64,000 nucleotides of DNA from Alphaproteobacteria bacterium (GTDB lineage: Bacteria > Pseudomonadota > Alphaproteobacteria > UBA828): the NCBI GenBank assembly GCA_965221125.1, contig CBDCRW010000005.1, positions 512,001-576,000 of the forward strand, given 5' to 3'. The position numbers and the translations under genes are program-made. Positions 21,392-31,448 of this stretch are shown in pieces; position 1 is the stretch's first letter; every line of letters starts with the position of its first letter. The notes below the pieces were generated by a model, which saw only the letters and a program-made list of their open reading frames with translations, was not told the origin of the DNA and made no database searches.

Positions 21392-22717
21392 GTGAGCGCG
21401 TCCGCCGACCGGGCGGAGGGCCGGGGCGCCTTCCGCGATCCCGCCTTCATGGCCAACCGGGACGCGCCGGTGCACAGGTGGGTTCCCTGGATCGCGGGGT
21501 TCTCGCGGCAGTTCGTGCAAGACGCGCTGGCCCGCCACCTGCCGGAGCCGGGAGAAGGCGTCGTGCTGGACCCTTTCGCCGGCGTCGGCACGACGCTGAT
21601 CGAGGCCGATCTCGCCGGCCACGAAGCGGTCGGTTTCGAGATCAATCCCTACGCTGCCTTTGCCGCGCGAACGAAGCTGGGCGCGCACCGGCTGGAGCCC
21701 GTGCCGCTAAGGGCGGCCATCGCTGAATTCGAGGCGTTCATGGAGGAAGCGGGGCGTAAAGGCCGCACCCCGCAATCGCAACCGCCCCATGGATTTCGGT
21801 CGCGCGCGCCGTTCTACAGCCCGGCGGTGGAGCGCAAGGTCTTGCTGGCCTTCGATTTCATGGCGACGCCGGAGGTGCCCGCCGCCAACCTCTTCCGGCT
21901 CGCCTTTGCGGCGACCATGGTGGGCTACTCCAACTACTCCTACGAGCCCAGCCTCGGCCGCAAGGCATCGGTCGGGCGGCCCGAGGTGGACGACGACGAC
22001 GTGGCCGGCGCCATCGCGGCCAAGCTCCGCCAGATGGCGGACGATGCCGCGTGGTACCGCGCCTCCCGCGCGAACCCTGCGCGCGACGACGGGCGGGTCT
22101 TCGAGCGTTCCTTCTTCGATGGCCACGACGCGCTCGACGAGGGCAGCGCGGACCTGCTCGTCACCTCGCCGCCCTACCTCAACAACTACCACTACAACCG
22201 CAACACGCGGCCGCACCTCTACTGGCTGGGGTTCTGCACCGCCCCCGGCGACCTCAAGCGGCTGGAGGCGCTCAACGTCGGCACCTACTGGCAGAACGCC
22301 CGCGACGAGGAGCGCATCGACCTCGATTCCTCCATCGAGGACGCCGAAATTGGAGAAGCAATCGACGCCGTGCGGCGGAAGAACCCCGAGAAGGGCATCT
22401 ACGGCGGCAACGGCTGGGCCAACTATGCGGCGCGCTACTTCAACGACTGCGCGCGCTTCGCGGACGGCGCGGCCTGGTGCCTCCGGCCGGGGGCGACGGC
22501 GCTGGTGGTGATCGGCAACTCCATCCTGCAAGGGGTGCCGATCCCGACCGACCGCTTCCTCGCCAGCATCGCGGAAGCGCGCGGGTTCCAAATTGCGGAC
22601 ATCCACGTTCCCCGTGAAACGCGCGTCGGCAGCAGCATCGTCGAGTCCAGCGTCCGCGCCGGCAAAGCGGCGGGCAGCACGCTCTACGAATCCGTGGTGG
22701 AGCTGCGCCGGCGCTGA
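21392..22717 (+). CDS. Site-specific DNA methyltransferase, probably N4-cytosine (alpha-type motif order)
   Basis: Motif I LDPFAGVGTT precedes motif IV TSPPY. Also HRWVPWIAGFS and VVIGNS. Confidence 0.85.
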   Translation: MSASADRAEGRGAFRDPAFMANRDAPVHRWVPWIAGFSRQFVQDALARHLPEPGEGVVLDPFAGVGTTLIEADLAGHEAVGFEINPYAAFAARTKLGAHRLEPVPLRAAIAEFEAFMEEAGRKGRTPQSQPPHGFRSRAPFYSPAVERKVLLAFDFMATPEVPAANLFRLAFAATMVGYSNYSYEPSLGRKASVGRPEVDDDDVAGAIAAKLRQMADDAAWYRASRANPARDDGRVFERSFFDGHDALDEGSADLLVTSPPYLNNYHYNRNTRPHLYWLGFCTAPGDLKRLEALNVGTYWQNARDEERIDLDSSIEDAEIGEAIDAVRRKNPEKGIYGGNGWANYAARYFNDCARFADGAAWCLRPGATALVVIGNSILQGVPIPTDRFLASIAEARGFQIADIHVPRETRVGSSIVESSVRAGKAAGSTLYESVVELRRR

Positions 22718-22870
22718 GTCCGGTATGCGTCGCGGGCCGTGTTCGTTCGGTCAGCGGATGGGATCGGCGACTGCCAATCGCAGAGAAGCGATCCAGCGCC
22801 AGCGCTGGCAAGATGCGGTTAGCGGGACGGCCAAATTCTGTAGCCAGAAGGGGGGAATCTCGACCGGGTG

Positions 22871-23767
22871 TTATTGCCGCTTCACGCCGAAGGCGCCCAC
22901 GATGTCGGACTGCTCGAAGATGCCCCCCGCCTCGGCGTGGTCGGGACCGTAGAAGCCGCCCTGGATGCGCGCGCCCGACTGGCCTCGCGAGAACGTCCCG
23001 TCCGCGCCGACCTCCAGGTCGGAGAAGATAACCGCCTCGACGCTATGCGCCGTCCCGCGGTCGATGTTCTTGATGCCGCTGAACCCGGCATCGAGCACGC
23101 CGGCGGTCATGTCGTAGTTCAGAGCCGCCGTCCCGACCAGCCGGTCGCCGCGATCGTCCCCGGCGATGGGCGTTCCCACCATGATGCCGAGCCACGAGGC
23201 AGACCCGGTCAGCGGAAGATCGGTGAGATCTCCCAGGGCCACCGCGTGCAGGGTATTGCTCTGGGAGTCCTCGTCGACCGCGCGCAGACCGTTGAGCATG
23301 AACGCGCCGTGCTCCATCCAGGCACCGAGCGAGGACGCGTCAGCGCCACTCTGCTGCCCGCTTTTCGACACCAAGGTGATGCCATGCGCAGAGCCGATGG
23401 GTTCCGCATCGCCAAGCTCGACCACCGCCGTGTCGAGGCCGGCTGTCTCGGTCTCGCCGGTTATGGGGTTGAGCAGCTGGCACTCGGCCCCGGAGCATTC
23501 CGCCACCTGCCGGATCGTGAGGGTCTCGTCCGGGAGCGCGAGCTCCATGTGCACCGTGGAAACGACCAGGGAATCGGCGCGCGCGGATATGTCTTGATGG
23601 CGCGCCTGCTGCGTGGCCGCGGTCTCGACGGGCGCCGACAGGCCGGTCAGCTCCCTGATGTCGTCGGGGGTAAGAGCCGGCCTCGAATTCGAGTCGCCGC
23701 CCCCGCCACAGGCCGCGAGGGAGAGGATGGCTGCCGCCGCCAGGACGCAAGCAACATGGAATCTCAT
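22871..23767 (-). CDS. Surface lipoprotein with TbpB-like C-terminal beta-barrel
   Basis: Signal peptide and lipobox LSLAA-C-GGGG. C-terminus IQGGFYGPDHAEAGGIF...VGAFGVKR is typical of TbpB-type barrels. Confidence 0.8.
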   Translation of the reverse strand: MRFHVACVLAAAAILSLAACGGGGDSNSRPALTPDDIRELTGLSAPVETAATQQARHQDISARADSLVVSTVHMELALPDETLTIRQVAECSGAECQLLNPITGETETAGLDTAVVELGDAEPIGSAHGITLVSKSGQQSGADASSLGAWMEHGAFMLNGLRAVDEDSQSNTLHAVALGDLTDLPLTGSASWLGIMVGTPIAGDDRGDRLVGTAALNYDMTAGVLDAGFSGIKNIDRGTAHSVEAVIFSDLEVGADGTFSRGQSGARIQGGFYGPDHAEAGGIFEQSDIVGAFGVKRQ

Positions 23768-24151
23768 GTCGGTATTCTCCAGACAAAGCGATCAACAAGG
23801 CGGACCGCCGCATCGACGGTCGATGTCGTGCCAGCCGACTCGGCGAGCCGCCCGCGGCATAGGCAAGAACTGCTCTAATAGCGGCTCCAACATCGGAAAG
23901 ACAATGCTGCATCGGTCGAAGCGTATGTCATCCGGGGCATGGATCGGCGCATCCCGCCGGATCGCGGCTGCGCGTGCGCGCCATCCCCGGGGAACACGCA
24001 TATCGAAGTGCGTTCGTTCACAGGGCGAAGACGATGAGGGCATCGATGGCGAATCCGTGTTCCTCCGCTCCGGCACTCTTTAGGCGAACGCTTACCGCCG
24101 GCCACAGGGGCCGGGGTTGTTGGCCCTCCCGGCAGGTGGGATAAGGGCGCC

Positions 24152-26332
24152 ATGAGCGAGCCCGCCACCACCGAGCGCCGCTACCGCACCCGCGGCGGCA
24201 TCGCCGTCCACCGCAGCGACCGCGAGACGGCGATAGGCCCCGCGGCCGCGGCCCTGGTCGAGCGGCTGGACCGCTACCCCGGCGTCTTCATGTCGTCCTG
24301 CTTCGAGTTCCCCGGCCGCTACACGCGCTGGGACTTAGGCTTCGCCGCGCCGCCGCTCGCCATCACCTGCCGCAGGCGCGAATTCGAGGTGAGCGCGCTG
24401 GATCCGCGCGGCCGGGTGCTGATCGAGCCGATCCGCGCCGCCATCGAGCCGCTCGCCGCCGTCGCCTCCCTGGAGGCGGAGGTCGATCGCCTACATGGGC
24501 AGATCCACCCGCCGACGGAGATCGTGCCCGAGGAGCAGCGCAGCCGGCAGCCCTCGATCTTCAGCCTGCTGCGCGCGGTGATCGACCTCTTCGGCAACGA
24601 CGAGGACCAGCATTTTGGGCTCTACGGCGCCTTCGGCTACGACCTCGCGCACCAGTTCGAGCCGGTGGAGCTGCGCCTGGAGCGTCCGGCCGACCAGCGC
24701 GACCTGGTGCTCTTCGTGCCGGACGAGATCCTGGTCGTCGATCACATGTCGGAGAGGGCGGTGCGGCACCGCTACGACTTCGTCACGCCCACAGGCGACA
24801 CGCGCGACATGCCCCGCGCGCCGGTGGAGGACGCCTACGCCCCCGCCAGCGCCAACCCGCCCGCCAACGACCACCAGCCGGGCGCGTACCCGGCCACCGT
24901 CGAGCGCGCCAAGGATGCCTTCCGCCGCGGCGACCTCTTCGAGGTGGTGATGAGCCAGCAGTTCAGCGAGGCCTGCGCCGACGCGCCCTCCGTCGTGTTC
25001 GACCGCCTGCGCACGCTGAATCCCGCGCCCTACTGCGCGCTGATGAACTTGGGCGCGGGCGAGTTCCTGGTCGCCGCCTCGCCGGAGATGTACGTGCGGG
25101 TCGAGGGCCGGCGCGTCGAGACCTGCCCCATCTCGGGCACCATCGCGCGCGGCCAAGATGCGCTGGGCGACGCCGCGCAGATCGCGAAGCTGCTCAACTC
25201 GGCCAAGGACGAAGCCGAGCTCACCATGTGCACCGACGTCGACCGCAACGACAAGTCGCGCATCTGCGAGCCGGGCTCGGTCCGCGTGATCGGCCGCCGC
25301 CAGGTGGAGCTCTACTCCCGCCTGATCCACACGGTCGACCACGTCGAGGGCATCCTGCGGCCCGAGTTCGATGCGCTCGACGCCTTCCTCAGCCACACCT
25401 GGGCGGTCACGGTCACCGGCGCGCCCAAGCACTGGGCGATCCGCTTCATCGAGGCGAACGAGCGCTCGGCGCGGCGCTGGTACGGCGGCGCCATCGGCCG
25501 CATCGGCTTCGACGGCGCGATGAACACCGGGCTCACGCTGCGCACCGTCCGCATGCAGGACGGCATCGCCGAGATCAGGGCCGGCGCCACCCTGCTCTAC
25601 GACAGCGATCCGGAAGCCGAGGACGCGGAGTGCCGCCTCAAGGCGTCCGCGCTGTTCGCGGCCGTGCGTGCGGAGGCGGCGCCCGCGCCGGCGCGCGCGC
25701 CCTCCGCCCGGCCGGGCGCGGCCAGGCGCGTGCTCCTGGTCGATCACGAGGATTCCTTCGTCCACACCCTCGCCAACTACCTGCGCCAGACCGGCGCCGA
25801 GGTCGAGACGCTGCGGCCCGCGCCCGCGCGCCGGATGCTGCAGGAGGCGGCGCCCGATCTCGTCGTGCTCTCGCCCGGCCCCGGCCGGCCCGGGGACTTC
25901 GGCACCGCCGAGACCATCCGGCTGGTGCTGGCGAAGGGCGTGCCGCTCTTCGGCGTCTGCCTCGGCCTCCAGGCCGTGGCCGAGTATTTCGGCGGCGAAC
26001 TGGGCCAGCTCGACGAGCCGGTTCACGGCAAGCCCTCCGAGGTCACGGTGCAGGCCAGCGCGCTCTTCCGGGGCTTGCCGCAGCGCTTCCGCGTGGGCCG
26101 CTACCACTCGCTCTACGCCCGGCGCGTGTCGCTCCCCGACGACCTGCTGGCGGTCACGGCCGAGACCGACGACGGCGTCGTCATGGCGCTGGAACACCGC
26201 GAGCGCCCCATCGCGGCCGTGCAGTTCCACCCGGAATCGATCCTCTCGCTCGACGAGGGCATCGGCATGCGGCTGATCGACAACATGGTGACGGTGCTGA
26301 CCGGAAACAGAGGCCCGGCGGTGGAAGAGTAG
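24152..26332 (+). CDS. trpE(G): Anthranilate synthase, fused components I and II
   Basis: SPEMYVRV, ETCPISGT, ELTMCTDVDRNDK, TVTGAPK, then GATase DHEDSF, SPGPGRP, GVCLGLQ, QFHPESI. Confidence 0.94.
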   Translation: MSEPATTERRYRTRGGIAVHRSDRETAIGPAAAALVERLDRYPGVFMSSCFEFPGRYTRWDLGFAAPPLAITCRRREFEVSALDPRGRVLIEPIRAAIEPLAAVASLEAEVDRLHGQIHPPTEIVPEEQRSRQPSIFSLLRAVIDLFGNDEDQHFGLYGAFGYDLAHQFEPVELRLERPADQRDLVLFVPDEILVVDHMSERAVRHRYDFVTPTGDTRDMPRAPVEDAYAPASANPPANDHQPGAYPATVERAKDAFRRGDLFEVVMSQQFSEACADAPSVVFDRLRTLNPAPYCALMNLGAGEFLVAASPEMYVRVEGRRVETCPISGTIARGQDALGDAAQIAKLLNSAKDEAELTMCTDVDRNDKSRICEPGSVRVIGRRQVELYSRLIHTVDHVEGILRPEFDALDAFLSHTWAVTVTGAPKHWAIRFIEANERSARRWYGGAIGRIGFDGAMNTGLTLRTVRMQDGIAEIRAGATLLYDSDPEAEDAECRLKASALFAAVRAEAAPAPARAPSARPGAARRVLLVDHEDSFVHTLANYLRQTGAEVETLRPAPARRMLQEAAPDLVVLSPGPGRPGDFGTAETIRLVLAKGVPLFGVCLGLQAVAEYFGGELGQLDEPVHGKPSEVTVQASALFRGLPQRFRVGRYHSLYARRVSLPDDLLAVTAETDDGVVMALEHRERPIAAVQFHPESILSLDEGIGMRLIDNMVTVLTGNRGPAVEE

Positions 26333-26523
26333 AGCGCGTCCGTCCATGACGGACGCGCCAGGCCGCGACAGCGGCGCGCCCGCGCAGGCGCTGGCCGATC
26401 GCGCCGATAGGCGCGCGCAAGCGCAGGCAGGCCAGCTGCCGTGAGCGACAAATGCCGAGAGCGTTTCCGTGCAAAGCGGAAACGCTCTAGGATCGCGGCC
26501 ACGATTCCGGGGAGGACGCAACG

Positions 26524-27828
26524 GTGGACATCGCGGCGCTGCGCGCGGCCGGCGCGCGTCATCTGATTCAGGGCGAGCTGCTCTCGGACGTGGTTGCGGC
26601 AGCGGACGGGCCGGTCTTCGTCCGCGCCGACGGCGCCGAGATCTTCGATTCCGAAGGCCAGGCCTACCTCGACTTCAACTCGGGCCAGATGTGCTCCGCC
26701 ATCGGCCACAACAACCCGCGCGTGACCCAGGCGGTGCGGGACGGGCTCGGCACGCTCACCCACGCGAGCTCGGTCTACTTCAACGCGCCCCAGCTTCGCC
26801 TTGCCGCGCGGCTCGCGGAGACCTTCGATGCGCCGCTCAGCCGCTCGCTCTTCATCCAGTCCGGCGCCGATTCCAACGAGGCGGCGGTGCTCTTCGCCCG
26901 GCGCGCGACCAGGCGGAACGGCATCGGCGCGCTGCACCTGAGCTTCCACGGCTACACCGACGTGACGCGCGGCATGAGCTTCGCCGCGACCACGGCCGGC
27001 AACGGCCCCTCCATCCCCGACGTGCACGCGATCCCGGCGCCCTACGCCTACCGCTCGCCGGTGGGCGCCGAGGGCGAGGACTGGTGGGCGCCGCTGCTCG
27101 CCATCGCCTTCGACCTGCTCGATCGCGAATGCCCGAACAATCTGGCGGCCGTCATCGCCGAGCCGCTCATCAGCGCGGGCGGCGTGATCGAGATGCCGCC
27201 GGGCTACCTCAAGGCGCTCAAGGCGGGGCTCGCGGCGCGCGGCGCGCTGCTCATCCTGGACGAGGCGCAGACCGGGCTCGGCAAGCTCGGCACCCTCTAC
27301 GCCTACCAGCAGCATGGCGTGGTGCCGGACATCATGACGCTGTCGAAGCACTTCGGCGGGGGGCTCCCCATCAGCGCCATGGTGACGACCGACGATATCG
27401 CCGCGCGCGCGCTGGAAGGCGGGCTCACCTTCGGCCATTCGCACTCCTCCGATCCCATCGCGTGCACGGCGGGCTTGGCCAGCCTCGAGGAAATCCTGGC
27501 CGAGGACCTGCCGGCGAAGGCGCGCGCCATCGGCGGCCATTGGCGCGGGCGCATGGAGGCCCTGCAGCAGCGCTTCCCCATGATCGGCGACCTGCGTGGC
27601 AAGGGCTGCCTGCAGGGGGTCGAGCTGGTGCGCGACCGGGCCACCAAGGAGCCCGCGAGCGCGGAGGCCAAGGAGATCTACCGCGACTGTCTCGCCGACG
27701 GCCTCCTCTTCTCGGTGCGCGGCCAGCACGGCAACGTGCTCCGCTTCGTGCCGCCCTTCTGCACCAGCGAGGCGCAGATCGACCGCGCCGCCGCAATCCT
27801 GGAGCGCGCGCTCGCGCGCCACGGCTGA
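26524..27828 (+). CDS. Class III PLP aminotransferase, dialkylglycine decarboxylase-like
   Basis: DFNSGQMCSAIGH, SGADSNEAA, AEPLISAGG, LILDEAQTGLG, TLSKHFGGG. Confidence 0.85.
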   Translation: MDIAALRAAGARHLIQGELLSDVVAAADGPVFVRADGAEIFDSEGQAYLDFNSGQMCSAIGHNNPRVTQAVRDGLGTLTHASSVYFNAPQLRLAARLAETFDAPLSRSLFIQSGADSNEAAVLFARRATRRNGIGALHLSFHGYTDVTRGMSFAATTAGNGPSIPDVHAIPAPYAYRSPVGAEGEDWWAPLLAIAFDLLDRECPNNLAAVIAEPLISAGGVIEMPPGYLKALKAGLAARGALLILDEAQTGLGKLGTLYAYQQHGVVPDIMTLSKHFGGGLPISAMVTTDDIAARALEGGLTFGHSHSSDPIACTAGLASLEEILAEDLPAKARAIGGHWRGRMEALQQRFPMIGDLRGKGCLQGVELVRDRATKEPASAEAKEIYRDCLADGLLFSVRGQHGNVLRFVPPFCTSEAQIDRAAAILERALARHG

Positions 27829-27882
27829 GGCGGCGATGGCTTTCATTCAATACCCGGCCCTAGGGGTCGGCAGGACACGCAC

Positions 27883-29085
27883 ATGAGCCGGCCTGCCGTC
27901 AACGTTCTCGCGCTCGTTCTCTGCGCGGCGCTGGTGCTGACCATCAGCAACGGAATCCGCAGCAGCTTCGGCCTCTTCCTCACGCCGATGAGCCTCGACA
28001 TCGGGGTCTCGCGCGAGACCTTCGCGCTGGCCATCGCGATCCAGGGCCTGGTCTGGGGGATCAGCCAGCCGGTCTTCGGCGGGCTCGCCGACCGCCACGG
28101 GGCGATCCCGGTCGTCCTGCTGGGCATCGTGATCTACGTCGCGGGCCTGCTGTGGATGGCATGGGCAGGCGATGCGGTCGGGCTGCACCTGAGCCAGGGC
28201 GTGCTTGTCGCCCTCGGCATCAGCGCCACCGGGTTCGCGGTGGTGCTTGGCCCGGTGGGCCGCGCGGTGCCGCCGGAGAAGCGCAGCATGGCGCTCGGCA
28301 TCGCAGCCGCCGGCGGCTCCTTCGGGCAGCTCGCGCTGGCCCCGGTCGGCGGCGCCCTGATCGACGGCGTCGGCTGGTCCATGGCGCTCATCGCCTACTG
28401 CGGGATCGCGGCGATGATGCTGCCCTGCCTCATCGGCATGCGCGGCAGCCACGTGCCGCCCGAGGGCAGCGCCCAGTCGCTCGGCGAGGCGCTGGTGGAG
28501 GCCCGCGCCCACAGCGGCTTCTGGCTGCTCTGCGCCGGCTTCTTCGTCTGCGGCTTCCACGTCTATTTCATCGCGACGCACCTGCCGCCGTTCCTCACGG
28601 ACGCGGGCCTCGCGCCGATGATGGGCGCCACGGCCATCGCCGTGATCGGGCTCGGCAACATCGTCGGCACCTTCGCCGCCGGCTGGCTCGGCGACCGGCA
28701 CCGCAAGAAGTACGTGCTCTCGCTCTTCTACCTCGGCCGGGCGGCGGTGTACGGCGGCTTCCTCGTGGTGCCGGTGACCGAGGCCAGCGTGCTCGTCTTC
28801 TCCGCCCTGATGGGGCTGCTCTGGCTCGGCACCGTGCCGCTCACCAGCGGCCTCGTCGCCCAGATCTTCGGGCCGCGCTACCTCGGCGCGCTCTTCGGCA
28901 TCGTCTTCTTCAGCCACCAGCTGGGCTCCTTCCTCGGCGCCTGGCTCGGCGGCTACCTGTACGACACCACCGGCTCCTACGATGCGGTGTGGCTGATCGC
29001 CGTGGCGCTCGGCGTCGCGGCCGCGGTGATCCATTGGCCGATCCGCGACCAGCCGCTCGTGCGCCGGCAGCTCGGCGCGCAATAG
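27883..29085 (+). CDS. MFS transporter
   Basis: About 12 hydrophobic segments, GGLADRHG and GWLGDR motifs, FFVCGFH, HQLGSFLG. Confidence 0.92.
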   Translation: MSRPAVNVLALVLCAALVLTISNGIRSSFGLFLTPMSLDIGVSRETFALAIAIQGLVWGISQPVFGGLADRHGAIPVVLLGIVIYVAGLLWMAWAGDAVGLHLSQGVLVALGISATGFAVVLGPVGRAVPPEKRSMALGIAAAGGSFGQLALAPVGGALIDGVGWSMALIAYCGIAAMMLPCLIGMRGSHVPPEGSAQSLGEALVEARAHSGFWLLCAGFFVCGFHVYFIATHLPPFLTDAGLAPMMGATAIAVIGLGNIVGTFAAGWLGDRHRKKYVLSLFYLGRAAVYGGFLVVPVTEASVLVFSALMGLLWLGTVPLTSGLVAQIFGPRYLGALFGIVFFSHQLGSFLGAWLGGYLYDTTGSYDAVWLIAVALGVAAAVIHWPIRDQPLVRRQLGAQ

Positions 29086-29150
29086 AGCGGACGGGGCCGG
29101 CGGCAACGAAGACGCTTGGCGCAGGGGCCGCCCCAGGTTTACCCTGTCGC

Positions 29151-29729
29151 ATGATGTCCTGGAGCCGCTGCCTGCGCTCTCTGCCTGCGCTGGTCTTGGC
29201 GCTGACGCTGGCGCTCGGCACGACGGGGACTGCCTTGGCCGATCAGACCGACCCGGCGCTGGACGGGCTCTTCCGCGACCTCAAGGCCGCAGAGAGCCCG
29301 CAGGAGGTGCGCCGGATCGAGTTGCAGATCTGGACCCTCTGGTTCGATACCGGCTCGGAACAGATGGACCGGATGCTGCTCGCCGGCGACAGGGCGATGT
29401 CGGCGGGCCACTTCGACCAGTCCTACGCAATCCTCAACGGGGTCATAGAGCACCGGCCGGACCTCTCCGAGGGCTGGAACCGCCGCGCGACGCTGCGCTA
29501 CCTGATGGGCGACTACGACGGCTCGATCGCCGATATCGAGGAGACGCTCAAGCGCGAGCCGCGCCACTTCGGCGCGCTTTCGGGGCTCGGCCTCTGCAAC
29601 ATCGCGCTCGGCAACGAGGAAGAGGCGCTCGCGGCGTTCGAGCGGGCGCTGGTCCACAACCCGCACATGCCGGGCGTCAAGCGGCGGGTGAAGCAGCTTC
29701 GCGACCGGCTCGGCCGCCACGCGATCTGA
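29151..29729 (+). CDS. Exported tetratricopeptide repeat protein
   Basis: Signal peptide, ADQTDPALDGLF, EGWNRRAT, EPRHFGALSGLG. Confidence 0.85.
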   Translation: MMSWSRCLRSLPALVLALTLALGTTGTALADQTDPALDGLFRDLKAAESPQEVRRIELQIWTLWFDTGSEQMDRMLLAGDRAMSAGHFDQSYAILNGVIEHRPDLSEGWNRRATLRYLMGDYDGSIADIEETLKREPRHFGALSGLGLCNIALGNEEEALAAFERALVHNPHMPGVKRRVKQLRDRLGRHAI

Positions 29730-29851
29730 GTGCTCCGGCCAAAGCCGTCGCTCGAGCCTTTTTTCGCTCACGGCAGCCGGCCGTTGGCCGGCGCCTGCGC
29801 GGGCGCGCCGCATTCGCGGCCTGTCGCACGTCCGTCGAAGACGGACGCGCT

Positions 29852-31294
29852 CTACCGTCTGAGTGCCCGGCCGGGCCGGTTGCCGGTAACCCGGCCCCCT
29901 TCGCGCACGATGGCGCCGTTCACCATGACGACATCGATGCCGGCGGCGGGCCGGGTCGGCTCGTCGAAGGTCGCCCGGTCCGCGACGGTCTCCGCGTCGA
30001 ACATCACGAGATCGGCGTAGGCGCCCGCGCGCACCTCGCCGCGGTCGGTGAGCCCGAACCGGGCGGCGGTGAGCCCGGTCATGCGGCGCACCGCGTCCTC
30101 CAGCGTGAGCAGGCCGAGCTCGCGCGCGTAGTGGCCGAGCACGCGCGGGAAGGTGCCCCAGAGCCTGGGGTGCGGGTGGCGGTCGTGGGGCAGGCCGTCG
30201 GAGCCGATCATGCTGTGCTCGTAGGCGATGATGCGCTGCACGTCCGCCTCGTCCATCATGAAGTAGATGCCGCCGGCCGGGAGCAGTCTCTGCGCGGCGG
30301 CGATCGGATCGAGGCCAAGCTCCGCGGCGACGTCCGCGAGGTCGCGGCCGGTATGCTCGGGGTGCGGCTCGGACCAGCTGACGATCACGCGCTCCGCCTT
30401 CTCCGCCATTTCCGGCATCAGCACCGTGGAGCCTGCGGTGTAGGGATAGACGTCGAGGCCGATGGACTGGCGCTCGCGGGCCTTGTCGAGCAGCGCGAGC
30501 GTGTCGCGGCTGCGCCCGAAGTTCTGGCGTCCGGCGCACTTGTGGTGGGAGATGACGACGTCCGCGCCGGCGCGGCGGCCGATCTCGAAGGCTTCCTCCA
30601 TCGCCTCCTCGACGCCGTCGTGCTCGTTGCGCATGTGGGTGACGTAGAGGCCGCCGGCGGCGCCTGCCACCTCGGCCACCGCCGCCACCTCCTCGGTGCT
30701 CGCCGCCTTGTTGGGGCCGTAGATGAGCCCGGTGCTGAAGCCCAAAGCCCCGGCTCCCATCCCCTCGGCGAGGCGGTCCCGCATGGCGTCGATCTCGCCT
30801 GCCGTCGCCGGGCGGTCCACGTCGTCCATGGTGTCCAGGCGGAGCGCCGAATGGCCGACGAGGAGCCCGGCATTGGCGGCTGGCGGGGCCTCGTCGAGCG
30901 CCGCCACGTAGTCGGCGAAGCGGGGATAGCGGAAGTCGGCAGGCCCGCCCAGCAGGTCGAGCGGCGGCGGCACCGGGCGCCCCGGCCCGAGCGGCGCGAG
31001 GCTCACCCCGCAATTGCCGGCGATCACCGTGGTGACGCCCTGGCTGGTCTTGGGCGTCATGTCGCGATCGACCAGCAGCAGGTTGTCGTCGTGGGTGTGG
31101 GCGTCGATGAAGCCCGGCGAGACGATGCGCCCGGTCGCGTCGATGCTCCGCCCGGCCTGCACGCCGGCGAGGTCGCCCACGGCGGCGATGCGATCGCCCG
31201 AGACGGCGACATCGGCCCGCGCCCGCGGCGCGCCCGTGCCGTCGATCACCGTCCCGCCCGCAAAGAGGACGTCGTAGTGCCCGTCCGCCGCCAT
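29852..31294 (-). CDS. N-acyl-D-amino-acid deacylase (D-aminoacylase)
   Basis: PGFIDAHTHDD, QGVTTVIAGNCG, HMRNE, SHHK, DVYPY, IGSDG, HPRLWGTFPRVLG. Confidence 0.92.
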   Translation of the reverse strand: MAADGHYDVLFAGGTVIDGTGAPRARADVAVSGDRIAAVGDLAGVQAGRSIDATGRIVSPGFIDAHTHDDNLLLVDRDMTPKTSQGVTTVIAGNCGVSLAPLGPGRPVPPPLDLLGGPADFRYPRFADYVAALDEAPPAANAGLLVGHSALRLDTMDDVDRPATAGEIDAMRDRLAEGMGAGALGFSTGLIYGPNKAASTEEVAAVAEVAGAAGGLYVTHMRNEHDGVEEAMEEAFEIGRRAGADVVISHHKCAGRQNFGRSRDTLALLDKARERQSIGLDVYPYTAGSTVLMPEMAEKAERVIVSWSEPHPEHTGRDLADVAAELGLDPIAAAQRLLPAGGIYFMMDEADVQRIIAYEHSMIGSDGLPHDRHPHPRLWGTFPRVLGHYARELGLLTLEDAVRRMTGLTAARFGLTDRGEVRAGAYADLVMFDAETVADRATFDEPTRPAAGIDVVMVNGAIVREGGRVTGNRPGRALRR

Positions 31295-31448
31295 TGCCGC
31301 CTCCCGCTTTCGCCCGTGAATGCCGGGTGGACCATGAACGCGGCAGCGGGCCGTGACAACAGCTTTGGCCGCGCCCGCGGCGACGGGTAAGGTGATCCTC
31401 AAGGAAGAACCGCGCGCAGGATGTGCGCGGCCCAGGCGGGAGAGGACG

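Noticed and set aside
22607-22620. parS-like GTTCCCCGTGAAAC inside the methyltransferase gene
   Set aside because: Two mismatches in one half-site. It could be a weak secondary site but cannot be supported without ChIP data.
22808-22822. GCAAGATGCGGTTAG as a possible partner end for the TIR at 9280
   Set aside because: Similarity to GAGAAATGCGGGCTAG is too weak to distinguish from chance.
23792-24151. Trp attenuator leader upstream of trpE(G), and short ORFs in this gap
   Set aside because: No short ORF with tandem Trp codons and no terminator hairpin were seen. The listed ORFs lack coding features.
28006-28019. Palindrome GTCTCGCGCGAGAC encoding VSRET in the MFS gene
   Set aside because: Same peptide as the parS in rsmG, but the DNA differs from parS at several positions. 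Likely coincidental.
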